In this document: one piece after another, positions 1 through 13,173 of the stretch
Numbering within the stretch: position 1 is the stretch's first letter
How the letters are laid out: every line of letters begins with the position of its first letter
NCBI GenBank assembly: GCA_028023455.1
Contig: JAQFVV010000006.1
Location: 8,494,001 to 8,558,000, forward strand
Reading direction: 5' to 3'
Origin: Epiperipatus broadwayi
Taxonomy: Eukaryota; Animalia; Onychophora
Length of the DNA: 64,000 nt
Translations under genes and position numbers: made by a program
Notes under the pieces: generated by a model
The model's input: the letters and a program-made list of their open reading frames with translations, nothing else
What the model was told of the DNA's origin: nothing
The model's database searches: none

Positions 1-1151
1 TTGATGTTGAAAAGTCAGGACCAAGTTTATGACCTTAAGCGATTTTTACTCAGATTATTTAGCAGCATGTATTATAACAGCTGGTAAAAAAGCATTTATA
101 ATTAAATTCAAACTTTCAAAATAACAAACAAATAAATAAACACAACATAGAAGAAAACAAAGTAAATAATTAACAAAAAAACAAGACAGAAAAACGCCTA
201 ATTAATTAAACGCAAATAAAAATGAAACCAGTTGATAATTAAACTCTTTAAATAGCCTACTGCAAGCCAAATGCCTTTCCAATATCCCCCCCCCCCCACA
301 GTAAATAAGATAACTTCTAGATTGTGTGAATTAAAGGTTTGTCCATACTTGTTTTATTCTCTAGCTAAGTATAGTAGACACCCATTTACCGACCAATATT
401 GGATGGATAGCGCATTGGTTTGTGATGACTAGCTGGAAAAGAAAAAATTCAAAACCTAATTGCAACTTCAAAAAATTTGCCAATTTTTACATAGTCCATA
501 AATTCCAAGTCATGAATAAGGCAGGTAGATGCACTATTTCTAAACCATGAGTTCTTGTGCCAAGTTGAAAAGTATAGAAATAAAATTTCCTAAATGCTTT
601 CTTGAAAGTTTGTGATGATGATGTTTTAGTTGTATTTGTATGTTGGCCCATTTCCATCATCTAATATGAGTATTGAATGTCTTTAGAAAAATTTAACTTT
701 ATTTAAATATTCCAAATACATTCAATTGTTAGTAATAGGACATTGGATGATGGAAATAGTCCAACATAAAATTTCTTAATAGTCACGTACTGAAAATATT
801 CATAGTAACTACTTTTCACTTTTCATAATAAAAAAAATTGCACCAATACTAGTCAGTGAATATCTTCAAATTACTTTTTTACTGATGAAAAAAACAAACC
901 ATTCATTACAATGATCAAGAATTTTCAGGCATTGCATTCTGAAACTATCAATACTGAAATTATATTGCTAGAGAACGCTCTTCTATTAGCAAGACACATG
1001 CTCTGATACAAAACAAAATATGTTACACAAAAAATCAAGCGTCACATTTGTGATGGCCATCACAAAAACCTGATTTAGTTTTATTAAAAACAAAACTTAG
1101 AAATGAATGAAATTCTTACATGAAGCATTTACACAATGGTAATAAAACACT

Positions 1152-1318
1152 GGCTACAGAAAGGAGTTTGCTATTAACTGAAAGGAGACCCTTTGATTCC
1201 TCTTGGAGGCCTTAAAGGAACCGAGCAGGGCAAATTCCTAATGTCCACTCCATACGTTCTTGTCGTTGCAGCTGTTATTACTATATGTTTATTCATATAG
1301 TATACGAACATGGATGGG
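1152..1318 (+). ncRNA. HDV-like (CPEB3-type, single-bp P1.1) self-cleaving ribozyme at the RTE 5' end
   Basis: P1 GGCTACA 1152-1158 / TGCAGCT 1267-1273 (G.U at position 1; one A.C mismatch, GGCTGCA in the other two copies); P2 TCCAT 1249-1253 / ATGGA 1310-1314; P3 ACG/CGT around L3 TTCTTGT; P4 TACTATATG/CATATAGTA; J4/2 CGAA with candidate catalytic C1305; long structured J1/2. Confidence 0.85.
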
Positions 1319-1443
1319 CTGCTCACCAACACGCATTAGCCAGCGTGGTGAGTTTATTGGCTTTTTACCTCTGAGTTTAAGATCAAGAAACACCATGGTC
1401 TTTCTTCTCAGTGCCTGATAAGGCAGAATGAATGTTTGTGTAA

Positions 1444-4440
1444 ATGATAAAGATTTTTCCCAATTATACAATTATGACAGACAAAAATAAAGCATGGCCC
1501 TTAATCCCAGGAGGCTGTAAAGTCACCAACCAAGGCAGCGGTTGGTGGCCGAAGGCGGAGGGTGCTAAGAATATCCTGGATGCGGACCCAGGCTGCCATT
1601 TGATGACGACTTTTTATTTAGGTACTTACAACTGCAGATCACTTTCAAGTGAAGGAAGATTGCAAGAATTAGAAGAAGAACTCTCTTATATTAAATGGGA
1701 TATTATTGGACTTTGTGAAGTTAGAAGAAAAGGTGAAGAGACAATTGATTTAAAAAGTGGACATATGCTCTATTATAAAGGCACAAATATTGGAAATACA
1801 AGTGGAGTAGGATTCATTATAAATAAAAAGTGGAAGAACAATATTGTGGAGATTGATGGTGTATCAGACAGAGTGGCAAGATTAGTTATACAACTTAATA
1901 GCAGATATCAAATGCAAATAATTCAGGTTTATGCCCCAACAAGTTCTCACAGTGATGAAGTAGTAGAAGATTTTTATATGGATGTACAAAAGGCTTTTGA
2001 TCAGAGTAAACAACATTTTAAAATTGTTATGGGAGATTTTAATGCTAGAATTGGTAAACAAATGAAAGATGAAAGTGTTGTAGGTAATTTTGGTTATGGT
2101 AATAGAAATGAGAGAGGACATAGACTTGTGGAGTTTGCAGAGAAGGAAAAACTTTATATTATGAATTCTTTTTTTGAGAAAAATGTTAGAAGGAAATGGA
2201 CATGGAAGCATCCAAATGAAGGTACAGCAGAATTGGATTATATTTTGACTAACAGGAAATACATATTTCAAGATTGTAATGTTCTTAATAAATTTAACAC
2301 AGGAAGTGATCATCGATTAGTAAGGGGTAAGATACATGTTAATGTAAAACTAGAGAGACAAAAATTATTAAGAAAAACTATATTTACAGTTGATATTCCT
2401 AATCTTCAGAAACATTCTAATGAATTTAAATTAGAACTTACAAATAGGTTTCAAGTATTAGTAGATTTTGAACATGATTCAGATTTGAATGAAATTAATA
2501 TGAAAATAACTGATACACTTTTAAAAACTGCAACAAAGATAGCTGGTAGAAAAAAGCAGCAATTGACTAATAAAATTTCTACTGAGACTAGAGAACTTAT
2601 GAAGAAAAGAAGGAATATGAAGATATGCAAGAATAATGCATTAAAAAGAATTGAATATCTCGAATTTTGTAAAATGGTGCGGAAAAGAGTTGAAAATTAT
2701 ATAAGAAAGTATAACTGTGAACTAGCAAGAAAAGCTGTAGAAGAAAATAAAAGTCTTAAGAATGTAAAACAACATTTTGGTATTGGTAGGAAATTTATAT
2801 CTGCAATAAGGAAAAAAGATGGAATTATTACTAAAAAGAGGGATGACATTATGAAATTGGTAGAAGATTTTTATCAAGAATTATATAGTAATAAAGGACA
2901 AGTACCTCCTATATCTATTACATCTTCCGAATTGCCCAGAATTTTAAATGAAGAAGTGAGAAATGCAATTAAATGTATGAAAAAAGGAAAGGCTCCAGGT
3001 AATGATGGAATTGTAATTGATATATTAAAAGAAGCAGGTGAAGAAACAGAAAAAATATTAGCAAAGTTATATACCAAATGTCTAAATGATAAAGATGTAC
3101 CGGATGATTGGAAGAATGCAGTAATAATATTAATATTTAAAAAAGGTGATAAAGAAGATATTAGAAATTACAGACCTATCAGCCTTTTATCAGTTTTATA
3201 TAAAATTTTTACCAAGATAATTACAACTCGTCTACAGAGAACCTTGGATTTTCACCAACCAAGAGAACAAGCTGGATTTAAAAGTGGTTTTAGTACAGTA
3301 GATCATATTCAAGTATTGAGAGAAGTTATAGAAAGGACAAATGAATATGAGTTGTCATTATGTTTTGGATTTGTAGATTATGAAAAGGCATTTGATTCTA
3401 TAAACATTTCTTCAGTGATTAAAGCATTGGATCATCAAGGTATAGATCCAGGATATTGTCATATTTTAAAGAATATTTATAAAAATGCAACAGCAACAAT
3501 TAGATTACATAATGATACTGGGAAAGTCAACATTGAGAAAGGTGTAAGACAAGGTGACTCCATATCTCCAAAACTTTTTACAGCAGTGCTGCAAGAAGTA
3601 TTTTGTGGATTAAAATGGGAAACTAAAGGAGTGAAAGTAAATGGAGATTATTTAAGTCATTTAGATTTCGCAGATGATGTAGTTGTTTTTGCAAATAATG
3701 CTTCCGAGCTGCAGGAAATGTTGCAGGAGTTATCAGATGAAAGTAAGATCGGAAGAGCACAGGACTAAAGATAAATGTTAAAAAGACTAAAGTAATGTTT
3801 AATCGATTTGCTCAAAATATGAAAATAAAGATTGATTATGATGAATTAGAAGAAGTTAAGAGTTACAAATACCTTGGTCAGATTATTAATACAGATGGAA
3901 ACATAATAGAGGAAGATTAATCATAGAATTAAACTTGGTTGGAGTGCTTTTGGTAGAAATAACTTGATATTAAAAGGAAATATGCCTATGTGTTTGAAAA
4001 GAAAGGTTTTTAACAAATGTGTTTTACCAGTTCTTACTTATGGATCTGAGACTTGGACACTTAATAGAAGATCAATACAGAGACTTCAGACCACTCAAAG
4101 AAGTATGGAGAGATGTATGTTGGGAGTAACAAGAAGAGATCGAAAACGCAATGTATGGGTAAGAGAACAAACAGGTGTTACTGACCTCATTGAAAAAATT
4201 AAAAGATTGAAGTGGAGTTGGGCTGGACATATTGCTAGAAGAGATGATAATAGATGGACAATTGAAATTTTAAACTGGATTCCAAGAGATTGTAAAAGAC
4301 CCAGAAGGAGACCACATGTAAGATGGATGGATGAAATAAGAAAATGTGTAGGGGTGATGTGGAGAAGAGAAGCTAAAGATCGGAGAAGATGGATTAAACT
4401 TGGAGAGACCTTCATCCTGCAGTGGATTGATAATGGTTGA
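1444..4440 (+). pseudogene. RTE ORF (AP endonuclease + reverse transcriptase), about 997 aa, with two frameshifts (+2 near 3760, +1 near 3915)
   Basis: APE motifs TYNCRSL, LCEVR, VYAPT, MGDFNA, LDYIL, SDHRLV; RT motifs [37 protein letters not shown]; RTE C-terminal KWSWAGH. ORF-track segments 1444-3768 and 3964-4440 are in the same frame. Confidence 0.93.
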
Positions 4441-4501
4441 TAATGATGATGAATAAAACACTTTTTTGATGTTAAATGAGTTGCGTTTATGGAGATATAT
4501 A

Positions 4502-5374
4502 CACCTGGGTCTCGTTTTGTACGCGATAGATAGGTTCCTCAGAAAACACGCGCAAACGAAATCGTGCAAAAATAGATGTAACTTACATTGAAAAAGGGGG
4601 GATGCGGTCTGTGATTTTTGAAAATTCATGTAAAAGCAAAGCACCAACGTAAAATTACTTTAAAATTCGCGCAAAAAAAAAAAATAAGGAAATAAAATAT
4701 GACTAATAAAAAATTTCAAATTTAAAAAAAATTGATACAAGACAAACTTTTTTTAACTATAATATTTAATTTTATTCAAAATAATATATTTTTATGCATA
4801 ATTTACAGTACAGTAATTTACATTTTTTTATACACGTTTTAATTATTATGATTTTCTGGTGACAACGTAATTAGTAATTAATCTTTGAGAAGATGATTTT
4901 ATTAATTGTTTACGAAGCTTGCGATATCCAGACATACTACCATTTAGCTCTCATTGGAATTTAAGAGCACATTAATGATTAGCGTCACTAATAAGAAAAT
5001 AATAATTGATTACGTTCTTTTTTAAAAAGCAAAAACAGAATGTGATTTAAAATGCAAAATTAACACGCACAATGTTTGAACAAATTTACATTATAATCTT
5101 GTAAAATTTAATATGTGTATACATAAAATGTGGAAATCATGATTTTAATTTCATTATTGCATAAAATCTTACTATTATAAAGCACTGAAAATATTGAAAT
5201 TACTAAGATGAAAGTCGAATTCCAATAATGTACTATTATTTTCAATATAATGTAAATGCGCGAAATTTATTATTTAAAGTAATAGCACATTATCGGAAAT
5301 CGACTTCCAGTGAAACACGAACCGCGTAACTTCAAAATCGTATTAAATAAGTCCGGTAAAAAGAGACCCAGGTG
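4502..5374. mobile_element. MITE, Tc1/mariner-like (TA TSD)
   Basis: TIR CACCTGGGTCTC...GAGACCCAGGTG flanked by TA; no ORF. Confidence 0.7.
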
Positions 5375-5912
5375 TATTCCTAAATTAGAATTGTAATAAT
5401 GGGCATTCTAACTCCAAAATTAAAAAAAAAAAAAGAACAGTAAGACCAAGATTAAAAAGTTAAAGATGAGTTTTATAATCCAATCCAAGAACTACAAATC
5501 ATCATGGTTTGTCCACATATATCATACGCTGATACTTTAGACTAGTTACTCATATTTTGTAATGCGGACTTTGAGCTTCTTCCACCAATTTTAAAGTTCT
5601 GAAAGACTTTGTGTTTTGACTAATTATAGCTCTCTAAAATATTCTATCATTTTCTTTATTATTTCATTGAAAATAATTATTTTAGAAGTTCTTCAAAGGT
5701 TTATAAGACTTTTAAATAGTAAAAAATAATAATTAAATTAAACTTTAGAAGAACTATGAACACTTTTCTTACAATACTCTTAATTCATGATTAAACTAGC
5801 AGCATAACTTTTTAATAAAATTTTATATAATTTGTTTTTACCCATTCATTCACACTTTCCCTAAGATTCATAAGTAATTTCTTTATCTTTATTGATAGAT
5901 TAAATTTATATA

Positions 5913-6748
5913 CACCTGGGTCTCATTTTATGTGGTAGATAGATTCCTCAGAAAACGCGCACAAGAAAAATCGCACAAAAATAGACTTAACTTACCTTGA
6001 AAAATGAGAGATAAGTTCTGTAATTTTCAGAAATTGCATGAAAGCAAAGCAACAAGGAAAAATTACTTTAAAATTCGCATTAAAAAAATAAGGAAATAAA
6101 GTATGATTAATAAAAAATTTTAAATATTTGAAAAATTTTTTCATACATATTTTAATCATTACCACTATTTGACAATATGCATTCATTTGTGAACTGTTAA
6201 GAAATCAGATTTGTGATGTGATGTACAACTAGTGCCACTTTCAGTCTTGTGCTGTTTTAATGGTTTTCTGTTTCTATATTTAAAAAATGAGATTGCAATC
6301 AAAACAAAAAGATTATACATTACCATTAGAAAGATTATTTTCAGTTTTAAAAAATCAATAAAATCTTTGTTATTTATTTGAACAATCTAAAAAATTATTT
6401 CTGTTATATCTAACAAAATACGTTTTAAAAGTTTAAACTTTTTGAATATTTATTGTGATATTTTTATATGTAAATATAAATCTATTATTATTTACTCATT
6501 AGTATAAGTAGGTTATTTACATAGAAGCTACAATTCTAAATACAGCTTCAGATCATATTCATGTTAGCTGCTAATTTAACATTATATTTTTGAGAAAAAA
6601 AGTATTTCAAGTCAAAATAAGTTATTAATAATTTAAATTTCTTGATATCTAATAAATATAGTGAAATATGAAAGATATTAAGAAGAAATATGACTTGCAT
6701 AACTCCAAAATTGCATTAAAATAATCCGCATAAAACGAGACCCAGGTG
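5913..6748. mobile_element. MITE of the same TIR family as 4502-5374
   Basis: Same TIRs and TA flanks; about 220 bp at the left and 60 bp at the right resemble the first copy. Confidence 0.7.
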
Positions 6749-6834
6749 TATATACAATCCATGTGAATGTTTGTTCATAAGGCTGTGACATGTTTCCTGT
6801 GAATGTATGTTTCCCCAAAATGCTGTTACCTGTC

Positions 6835-7260
6835 AAATTCACAACCAATTAAAAAAAATATTATATGAAGAATATTTATGCAAAGGAAGTAATTCCACCG
6901 TTAATAGTTGTCCGGAATGTTATCAAATATTACAGATATATTTAAAAATTTTAATTCAAATTTAAAGACTTAATTTGATTACGAGCATAAGTAATTCTGC
7001 AAAACAAAACAAAAATTTGTCAAAGCAGCCAATTAAAAAAAAACTATTACAAAAATCAATGGTCTTTCCAGCTGACATTTGTAACATTTATTTATATGAT
7101 ATTAAAATATTTTGTTTAATTTACACTAAATCTTAAAAAAAAATTGTCAAAGCAACCAATTAAAACTATTACAAATATATTTAATAATCCATCATTTTTA
7201 TTACAAATCATATTTTATGTGAATGAAGTAATGCCACCATTAAAAAGTTGGAATTTTTAT
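6835..7260 (+). repeat. Dispersed repeat with internal CAAAGCAACCAATTAAAAAAAACTATTA subrepeats
   Basis: Three copies of the motif here; related inverted copy at about 34660-35140. Confidence 0.45.
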
Positions 7261-9200
7261 AGTCTGTAACGCTGTTAAATTCACTAATCAAAATAACAGC
7301 CTTTCAAAAGGCCATGTACATCTGGTATAAATATATATATTGATATTCTTGGTAACCAAATATATTTGTAAAATGTTGCTTTTGGTAACATGGATCTTAT
7401 TAACACTGAATATCTCATGCAACCCACTAAAAAGCTGCTATGCTTGCTTTAGAATAACAAAACATTGATTAATCTTATAAAGTCGAAAACAGTCTCTTTT
7501 AGCATATCATGAAATGATTGAACTTGTTAACTCAAAACTCGTGAGGTCATACAAGATTCAAGATTTGGAAATGTCAACAGTTAAATAGTGGTAGAATGTG
7601 GTTTTAATATTGTGGCAGAGATGCTAGGATTAATTCTCAAATTATTAATTTAAATAAAAACCAAATAACTTTATTACATACAAAAAAGACTTGAATAAAC
7701 CTAAATGAATAGAATTGGTAACTGCTCAATCTGCCACTAATGTGTCTGAATGTCACATAGTTTTCTGAGTCATTATCCACATATTTGAAATTCAAAAATA
7801 GCCATATTCATAATACAATAAATTTAGCTTTGTCAAGATTGCATCTGCTTTTCCAGTTATGGCATATTGAGAAGATAGCAGATAAACAATTTTTTTTCAA
7901 TACAAATATAAAAAATTAAAACAGGCAAAACTCACTATACATATTGCCATGTGATGTTTATTGGCTTAAATATAAAAAATAATAATAAAGTCTAAATGCA
8001 GATCAATTTCTGATTCTACTATAAATATTTAGAAAATGATTCACTATAATCGGAGTCAAAATAAAGTGAAAATAGAATAATAACTAAATCTGGTAGACAA
8101 AAGTATTGCCATGTTATATTTGGACATGGTTTAAGCCCTATCGAAAAAGATAAAATGATAAAATTGGTATGAAAAATGTTTGAAAATTTTTAATATTGTA
8201 AAAAAAACTGAAGATAATTCAAACATCAGCAATTTAACAAATAATATATTTATAAAACCAAAACTACAATAATTAACATTGAAAAATTAAAAAAAAAAAA
8301 ATCTAATGGCCATTAATTACAAGTCTCCTATCAACCTTCTCAAAATTAGAAGATTCACCTGTTTGTGGTTTTTAAAAAATTAAAAATTATTAAAAAGAAA
8401 TAAATAATATGTTGATTTTCTCATTCACATTGCAACAACTGGAGCAGTGATAGAAAAACTACACACACACACACACACACAAAATGGCTGGATATAAAAT
8501 ATTCTTTTATATTATCAGACATTTTAATAATTCAATTGTTACAAATTTTCTGAGCCAACATAATATCTGGTAACAGTACTGTAGCAAACAAAGAGAGAAA
8601 GTTAACATTAAAGTCTGATCAATAAATGGAAAGGAATCTTAAAAGATATCAAAAGAAATATTCCCATAAAGAATAGACAACATGTCGAGTAATCTTTAAA
8701 TACTACAAGGAAATGATTATTAAATGCACATTTAATGTTATCCTAGCCATCTCTAACTAGCTTCGGGCTTAAGGTATCAATGATAAAAGTTTGGTACCCG
8801 AATTTAATACCTTTGGATTATGTACAACTAATGCATCTTTCATCCACTGGCCACATTTTCCTTTTTTGATACTATAAAGTTACTAACTAGAAAAACAAAA
8901 TCATCTCAATATTTTGAATCCAATATCACATAATTACACAATTATGATCATCAGTCAGCAACCATATCAACAAAATATATATGTTAAAAGCATTCCATAA
9001 TCAGGGTTACATGACATTTTTAAACTGATCCTAGACAAAAGGCAAAAGTATCAATATTTACCATATAATACTATATTTACCATCTTACTTAATTCTAAGA
9101 AATAATACTCCTTTATGTTGTTTATCTTATAATCAATGAAATATAATATAAATCTTTATTATATAATAATAACAACTTGTAAATACATCACAGAAAAATT

Positions 9201-9258
9201 ATATATATAAAAGCCTTTTTCGGTAATTCTCAATTTTTTACCCTTCTCAATATGATAC
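9201..9258 (-). ncRNA. PLE 3' type I hammerhead-like motif (U3-A8 variant), left arm
   Basis: Reverse complement of 13041-13098 with a loop A-run one base shorter. Confidence 0.55.
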
Positions 9259-9350
9259 CTCGTACTAATACTAACACGTATATTACGTATATAGCGACAT
9301 CTATTGACATTTCCTATAATTCACATTTTTATCATTTTATTTATTTCCCC

Positions 9351-11773
9351 TTATATTACTTTCCATTCTTTATCCATTACCCAATCATTCATTAAATCAA
9401 TTGACTTTTTGTAAATGTTCATACATGTATTTATATTATATTTTATATAATTTGTTTCATATATTTTCCTTCTATTCATTTCCTTTATATAATTTAATGG
9501 TCTTATGTTTTTAATACAATCTATTTTATGTCCAGATTTTAAATAATGAACATATAATGCTGATCTATCATCCCTCCTTTCAATAGCACTATTATGTTCT
9601 TTTGCCCTTTGTTCTAATTGTTTTGATGTTTGTCCATAGTAAACCATTTTACATATCCCACAAGTAATTTTATATACTGTTCCCTTTATATATTTCATAT
9701 CATCTTTAATCTTATAATTTCCTATTAATATATCTAAATTTTTACTATTAGACCATCCTATTTTTATATTTTTATTCATATAATTTTTATTTTTAGTTAA
9801 TATATCATAAATTTTAGGTGTATATGCAATTTTAATCCATTTTGTATTATTTAATATTTTATTCCCTCTAATATTATTTTTATTATCATATAATATATTC
9901 CTAATATTTCTAGGATTATATCCATAGCTAGAATATAATTTAATAAATTGTTCTTTTTGTACTTCAGCGGTTTTTTTATCTGTGTTATACCTATCATTTT
10001 TAATTTTAAAATTCTTAATTACTGCCATCTTTTGTGTCCATGCTTGTTGTGAATCCTTATAAATTACTTTTCTTATTTTATCTTCTTTAATAAAATGATT
10101 TAATACAATCATGTTATTGTTTATCTTTATTTCTATATCTAAATATTTTACTTTATTATCTATTTCTTTTATTGTAAACTTTATATTATTTTTATTATTA
10201 TTAAATTCATTATATATATTTTTTATAACTCTTTTATTCCCTATTACTAAGATATCATCTACATATCGAAAATACTCTTTTATTTCTTTATTTATTATTC
10301 TATTCTTGACAATATGTAATTCCATTTCATTTATAAATATTGAAGCCATTAATCCACTTATTGCACATCCCATAACCCATCCCTTATTTATATTCCAATA
10401 TTCATCTTTATATTTAAAATATAAGCTATTATTTATTAAATTTAACCCCTGTTCCATAATGTCAATTATTTCCATATCCTGTATATACATTTTTAATTTT
10501 TGTATAACTATTTTAATACTTTCATCCCTAGGTATACTTGGATACATTTTCTCTATATCCATTACAAAAATACTTTGATTTCTATTCATTTTTATTATAT
10601 TTAACCTATCTATAATTTCATCAGTATTTTTAATACAAAATTCCCCATACCCCATAATATTTGCTATCCATTTATTTATATATCTACAAAATTTCTGTAA
10701 AATGAAATTTGAAAAGTTAAATAATAATCTTAATGGATTATCCTCTTTTTGTGTTTTTACTTTAGTAAATATATATGGATTTTCATACATTGATGGATAC
10801 AAAAATCCATACTTATTTTTATCAATAATTCCTTTCCTTTCCATTTTATGTAATATCTCTATATATTTACTTTTTATATTATTAGTAGGATCTTTAAATA
10901 ATTTTATATATCCTTCCTTTTTTATCTCATTTTCTATCTTATCTATATAATCTTTAGAATACATTATAACAAATCTACTACTTTATCTTCTTTACATAAT
11001 ACTATATTCTCTTTTCTACATATATTTCTTATTTCTTTAGTAGTTCTTTTATATTTATATTCCCTTTGTGAACATTTAATATTTCCTAATTGTTTGTTCA
11101 ATAAATAGTTCATTTTCCTTTTATCTACTGTAGAAATATTTGCTAATTCTATGTCCGTAGTTATCTTCTTTTTAATGTCTTTATCCATAAATGGTATAAA
11201 ATAAGGAGACTTACTTAATAATTGATTTTGCTCCGTTGAGAATTTATATTTTGTTAGATTTATAAAATTATCTTTTATTCTGTTATTGTAATTAATATAT
11301 CCTTTACATTCTGTCACTTCTTTATCTTTATTCCAATATTTCGTCCACATCCATATCCATTTTCTATTATATTTTTTATATATTTTATGACTCCATTTTT
11401 CCCTATATCCATTTAAATAGACTATTAATTTATCCCACGCATTTATTTTTATTAATGACGCTTTTATAGCAACTTTTAAATTCTTAAATTTATTAATCTT
11501 GTTATATAAAATATTGTATTTTTCATAAATAAAAGTTTTAAGAATATAATTTTCTATATTCCTTTTTAATTTCCAATTATTTGATAACTTTTTATTATTC
11601 TTTACGTAAAATTTACAAGACCTAGGAACGACATTATAATGTTTACAACTATTTAAATACGTTAATTGTCCTTTAATATTCTCGATATATAAACACATTC
11701 TAGTAAGTTCTTTTACTTTACCCATTACATTTAAATCCAGTTTAGATTTCATATATGTCCATAGATGTTCCAT
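9351..11773 (-). pseudogene. PLE ORF: reverse transcriptase + C-terminal GIY-YIG endonuclease, about 807 aa, one 1-bp deletion near 10981
   Basis: N-terminal NLTKYKFSTEQNQLLSKSPYFIP; adding one G restores DKG(SRFVIM); RT motifs DIEKMYPSI, GWVMG, RYVDD, YLDIEI; endonuclease VYKITCGIC..YYGQT..R..EH..H..H; no Cys-rich linker. Confidence 0.93.
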
Positions 11774-11807
11774 CACGCAATACGATATAGTTATACAAAA
11801 ATTAAAA

Positions 11808-12947
11808 ATGTATATACAGGATATGGAAATAATTGACATTATGGAACAGGGGTTAAATTTAATAAATAATAGCTTATATTTTAAATATAAAGATGAATAT
11901 TGGAATATAAATAAGGGATGGGTTATGGGATGTGCAATAAGTGGATTAATGGCTTTAATATTTATAAATGAAATGGAATTACATATTGTCAAGAATAGAA
12001 TAATAAATAAAGAAATAAAAGAGTATTTTCGATATGTAGATGATATCTTAGTAATAGGGAATAAAAGAGTTATAAAAAATATATATAATGAATTTAATAA
12101 TAATAAAAATAATATAAAGTTTACAATAAAAGAAATAGATAATAAAGTAAAATATTTAGATATAGAAATAAAGATAAACAATAACATGATTGTATTAAAT
12201 CATTTTATTAAAGAAGATAAAATAAGAAAAGTAATTTATAAGGATTCACAACAAGCATGGACACAAAAGATGGCAGTAATTAAGAATTTTAAAATTAAAA
12301 ATGATAGGTATAACACAGATAAAAAAACCGCTGAAGTACAAAAAGAACAATTTATTAAATTATATTCTAGCTATGGATATAATCCTAGAAATATTAGGAA
12401 TATATTATATGATAATAAAAATAATATTAGAGGGAATAAAATATTAAATAATACAAAATGGATTAAAATTGCATATACACCTAAAATTTATGATATATTA
12501 ACTAAAAATAAAAATTATATGAATAAAAATATAAAAATAGGATGGTCTAATAGTAAAAATTTAGATATATTAATAGGAAATTATAAGATTAAAGATGATA
12601 TGAAATATATAAAGGGAACAGTATATAAAATTACTTGTGGGATATGTAAAATGGTTTACTATGGACAAACATCAAAACAATTAGAACAAAGGGCAAAAGA
12701 ACATAATAGTGCTATTGAAAGGAGGGATGATAGATCAGCATTATATGTTCATTATTTAAAATCTGGACATAAAATAGATTGTATTAAAAACATAAGACCA
12801 TTAAATTATATAAAGGAAATGAATAGAAGGAAAATATATGAAACAAATTATATAAAATATAATATAAATACATGTATGAACATTTACAAAAAGTCAATTG
12901 ATTTAATGAATGATTGGGTAATGGATAAAGAATGGAAAGTAATATAA
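11808..12947 (+). pseudogene. Inverted 5'-truncated duplicate of the PLE ORF (RT C-terminal half + GIY-YIG)
   Basis: Translation matches the last 379 aa of the minus-strand ORF except one S/L change (11956 vs 10342). Confidence 0.92.
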
Positions 12948-13040
12948 GGGGAAATAAATAAAATGATAAAAATGTGAATTATAGGAAATGTCAATAGATG
13001 TCGCTATATACGTAATATACGTGTTAGTATTAGTACGAGG

Positions 13041-13098
13041 TATCATATTGAGAAGGGTAAAAAAATTGAGAATTACCGAAAAAGGCTTTTATATATAT
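13041..13098 (+). ncRNA. PLE 3' type I hammerhead-like motif (U3-A8 variant), right arm
   Basis: Core TTGAGAA 13048-13054, extra G, stem II GGTAA/TTACC, GAAA 13078-13081, stem III AAA/TTT around GGCT, predicted UUA site at 13091, AT-rich stem I with a bulged C. Confidence 0.55.
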
Positions 13099-13173
13099 AA
13101 TTTTTCTGTGATGTATTTACAAGTTGTTATTATTATATAATAAAGATTTATATTATATTTCATTGATTATATT

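Larger units (their letters stand above)
1152..4451 (+). mobile_element. Full-length RTE-clade non-LTR retrotransposon
   Basis: 11-bp TSD AATAAAACACT at 1141-1151 and 4452-4462; (TGA)n-type 3' tail; single APE+RT ORF; structured 5' UTR. Confidence 0.95.
9074..13168 (-). mobile_element. Penelope-like element (Penelope/Poseidon type): near-full-length minus-strand copy joined head-to-head with a 5'-truncated inverted copy
   Basis: Inverted arms 9129-10511 and 11787-13170 are nearly identical; 55-bp one-sided extension 9074-9128; 20-bp direct repeat ATATTTACCATATA(A/G)TACTA at 9054-9073 and 13169-13188 (TSD-like). Confidence 0.95.

Noticed and set aside
1882-4647. Minus-strand ORFs overlapping the RTE
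   Set aside because: Antisense shadows with no motifs.
10111-12187. Hydrophobic ORFs 10111-10578, 10702-10950 and the first part of 10964-12187
   Set aside because: Antisense shadows of the AT-rich PLE ORF. Only the portion from MEHLW (11773) onward is real PLE sequence.
9351-12947. Retron, group II intron or DGR interpretation of the RT
   Set aside because: The DKG motif and C-terminal CCHH-type GIY-YIG domain identify a Penelope-like element in a eukaryotic context.
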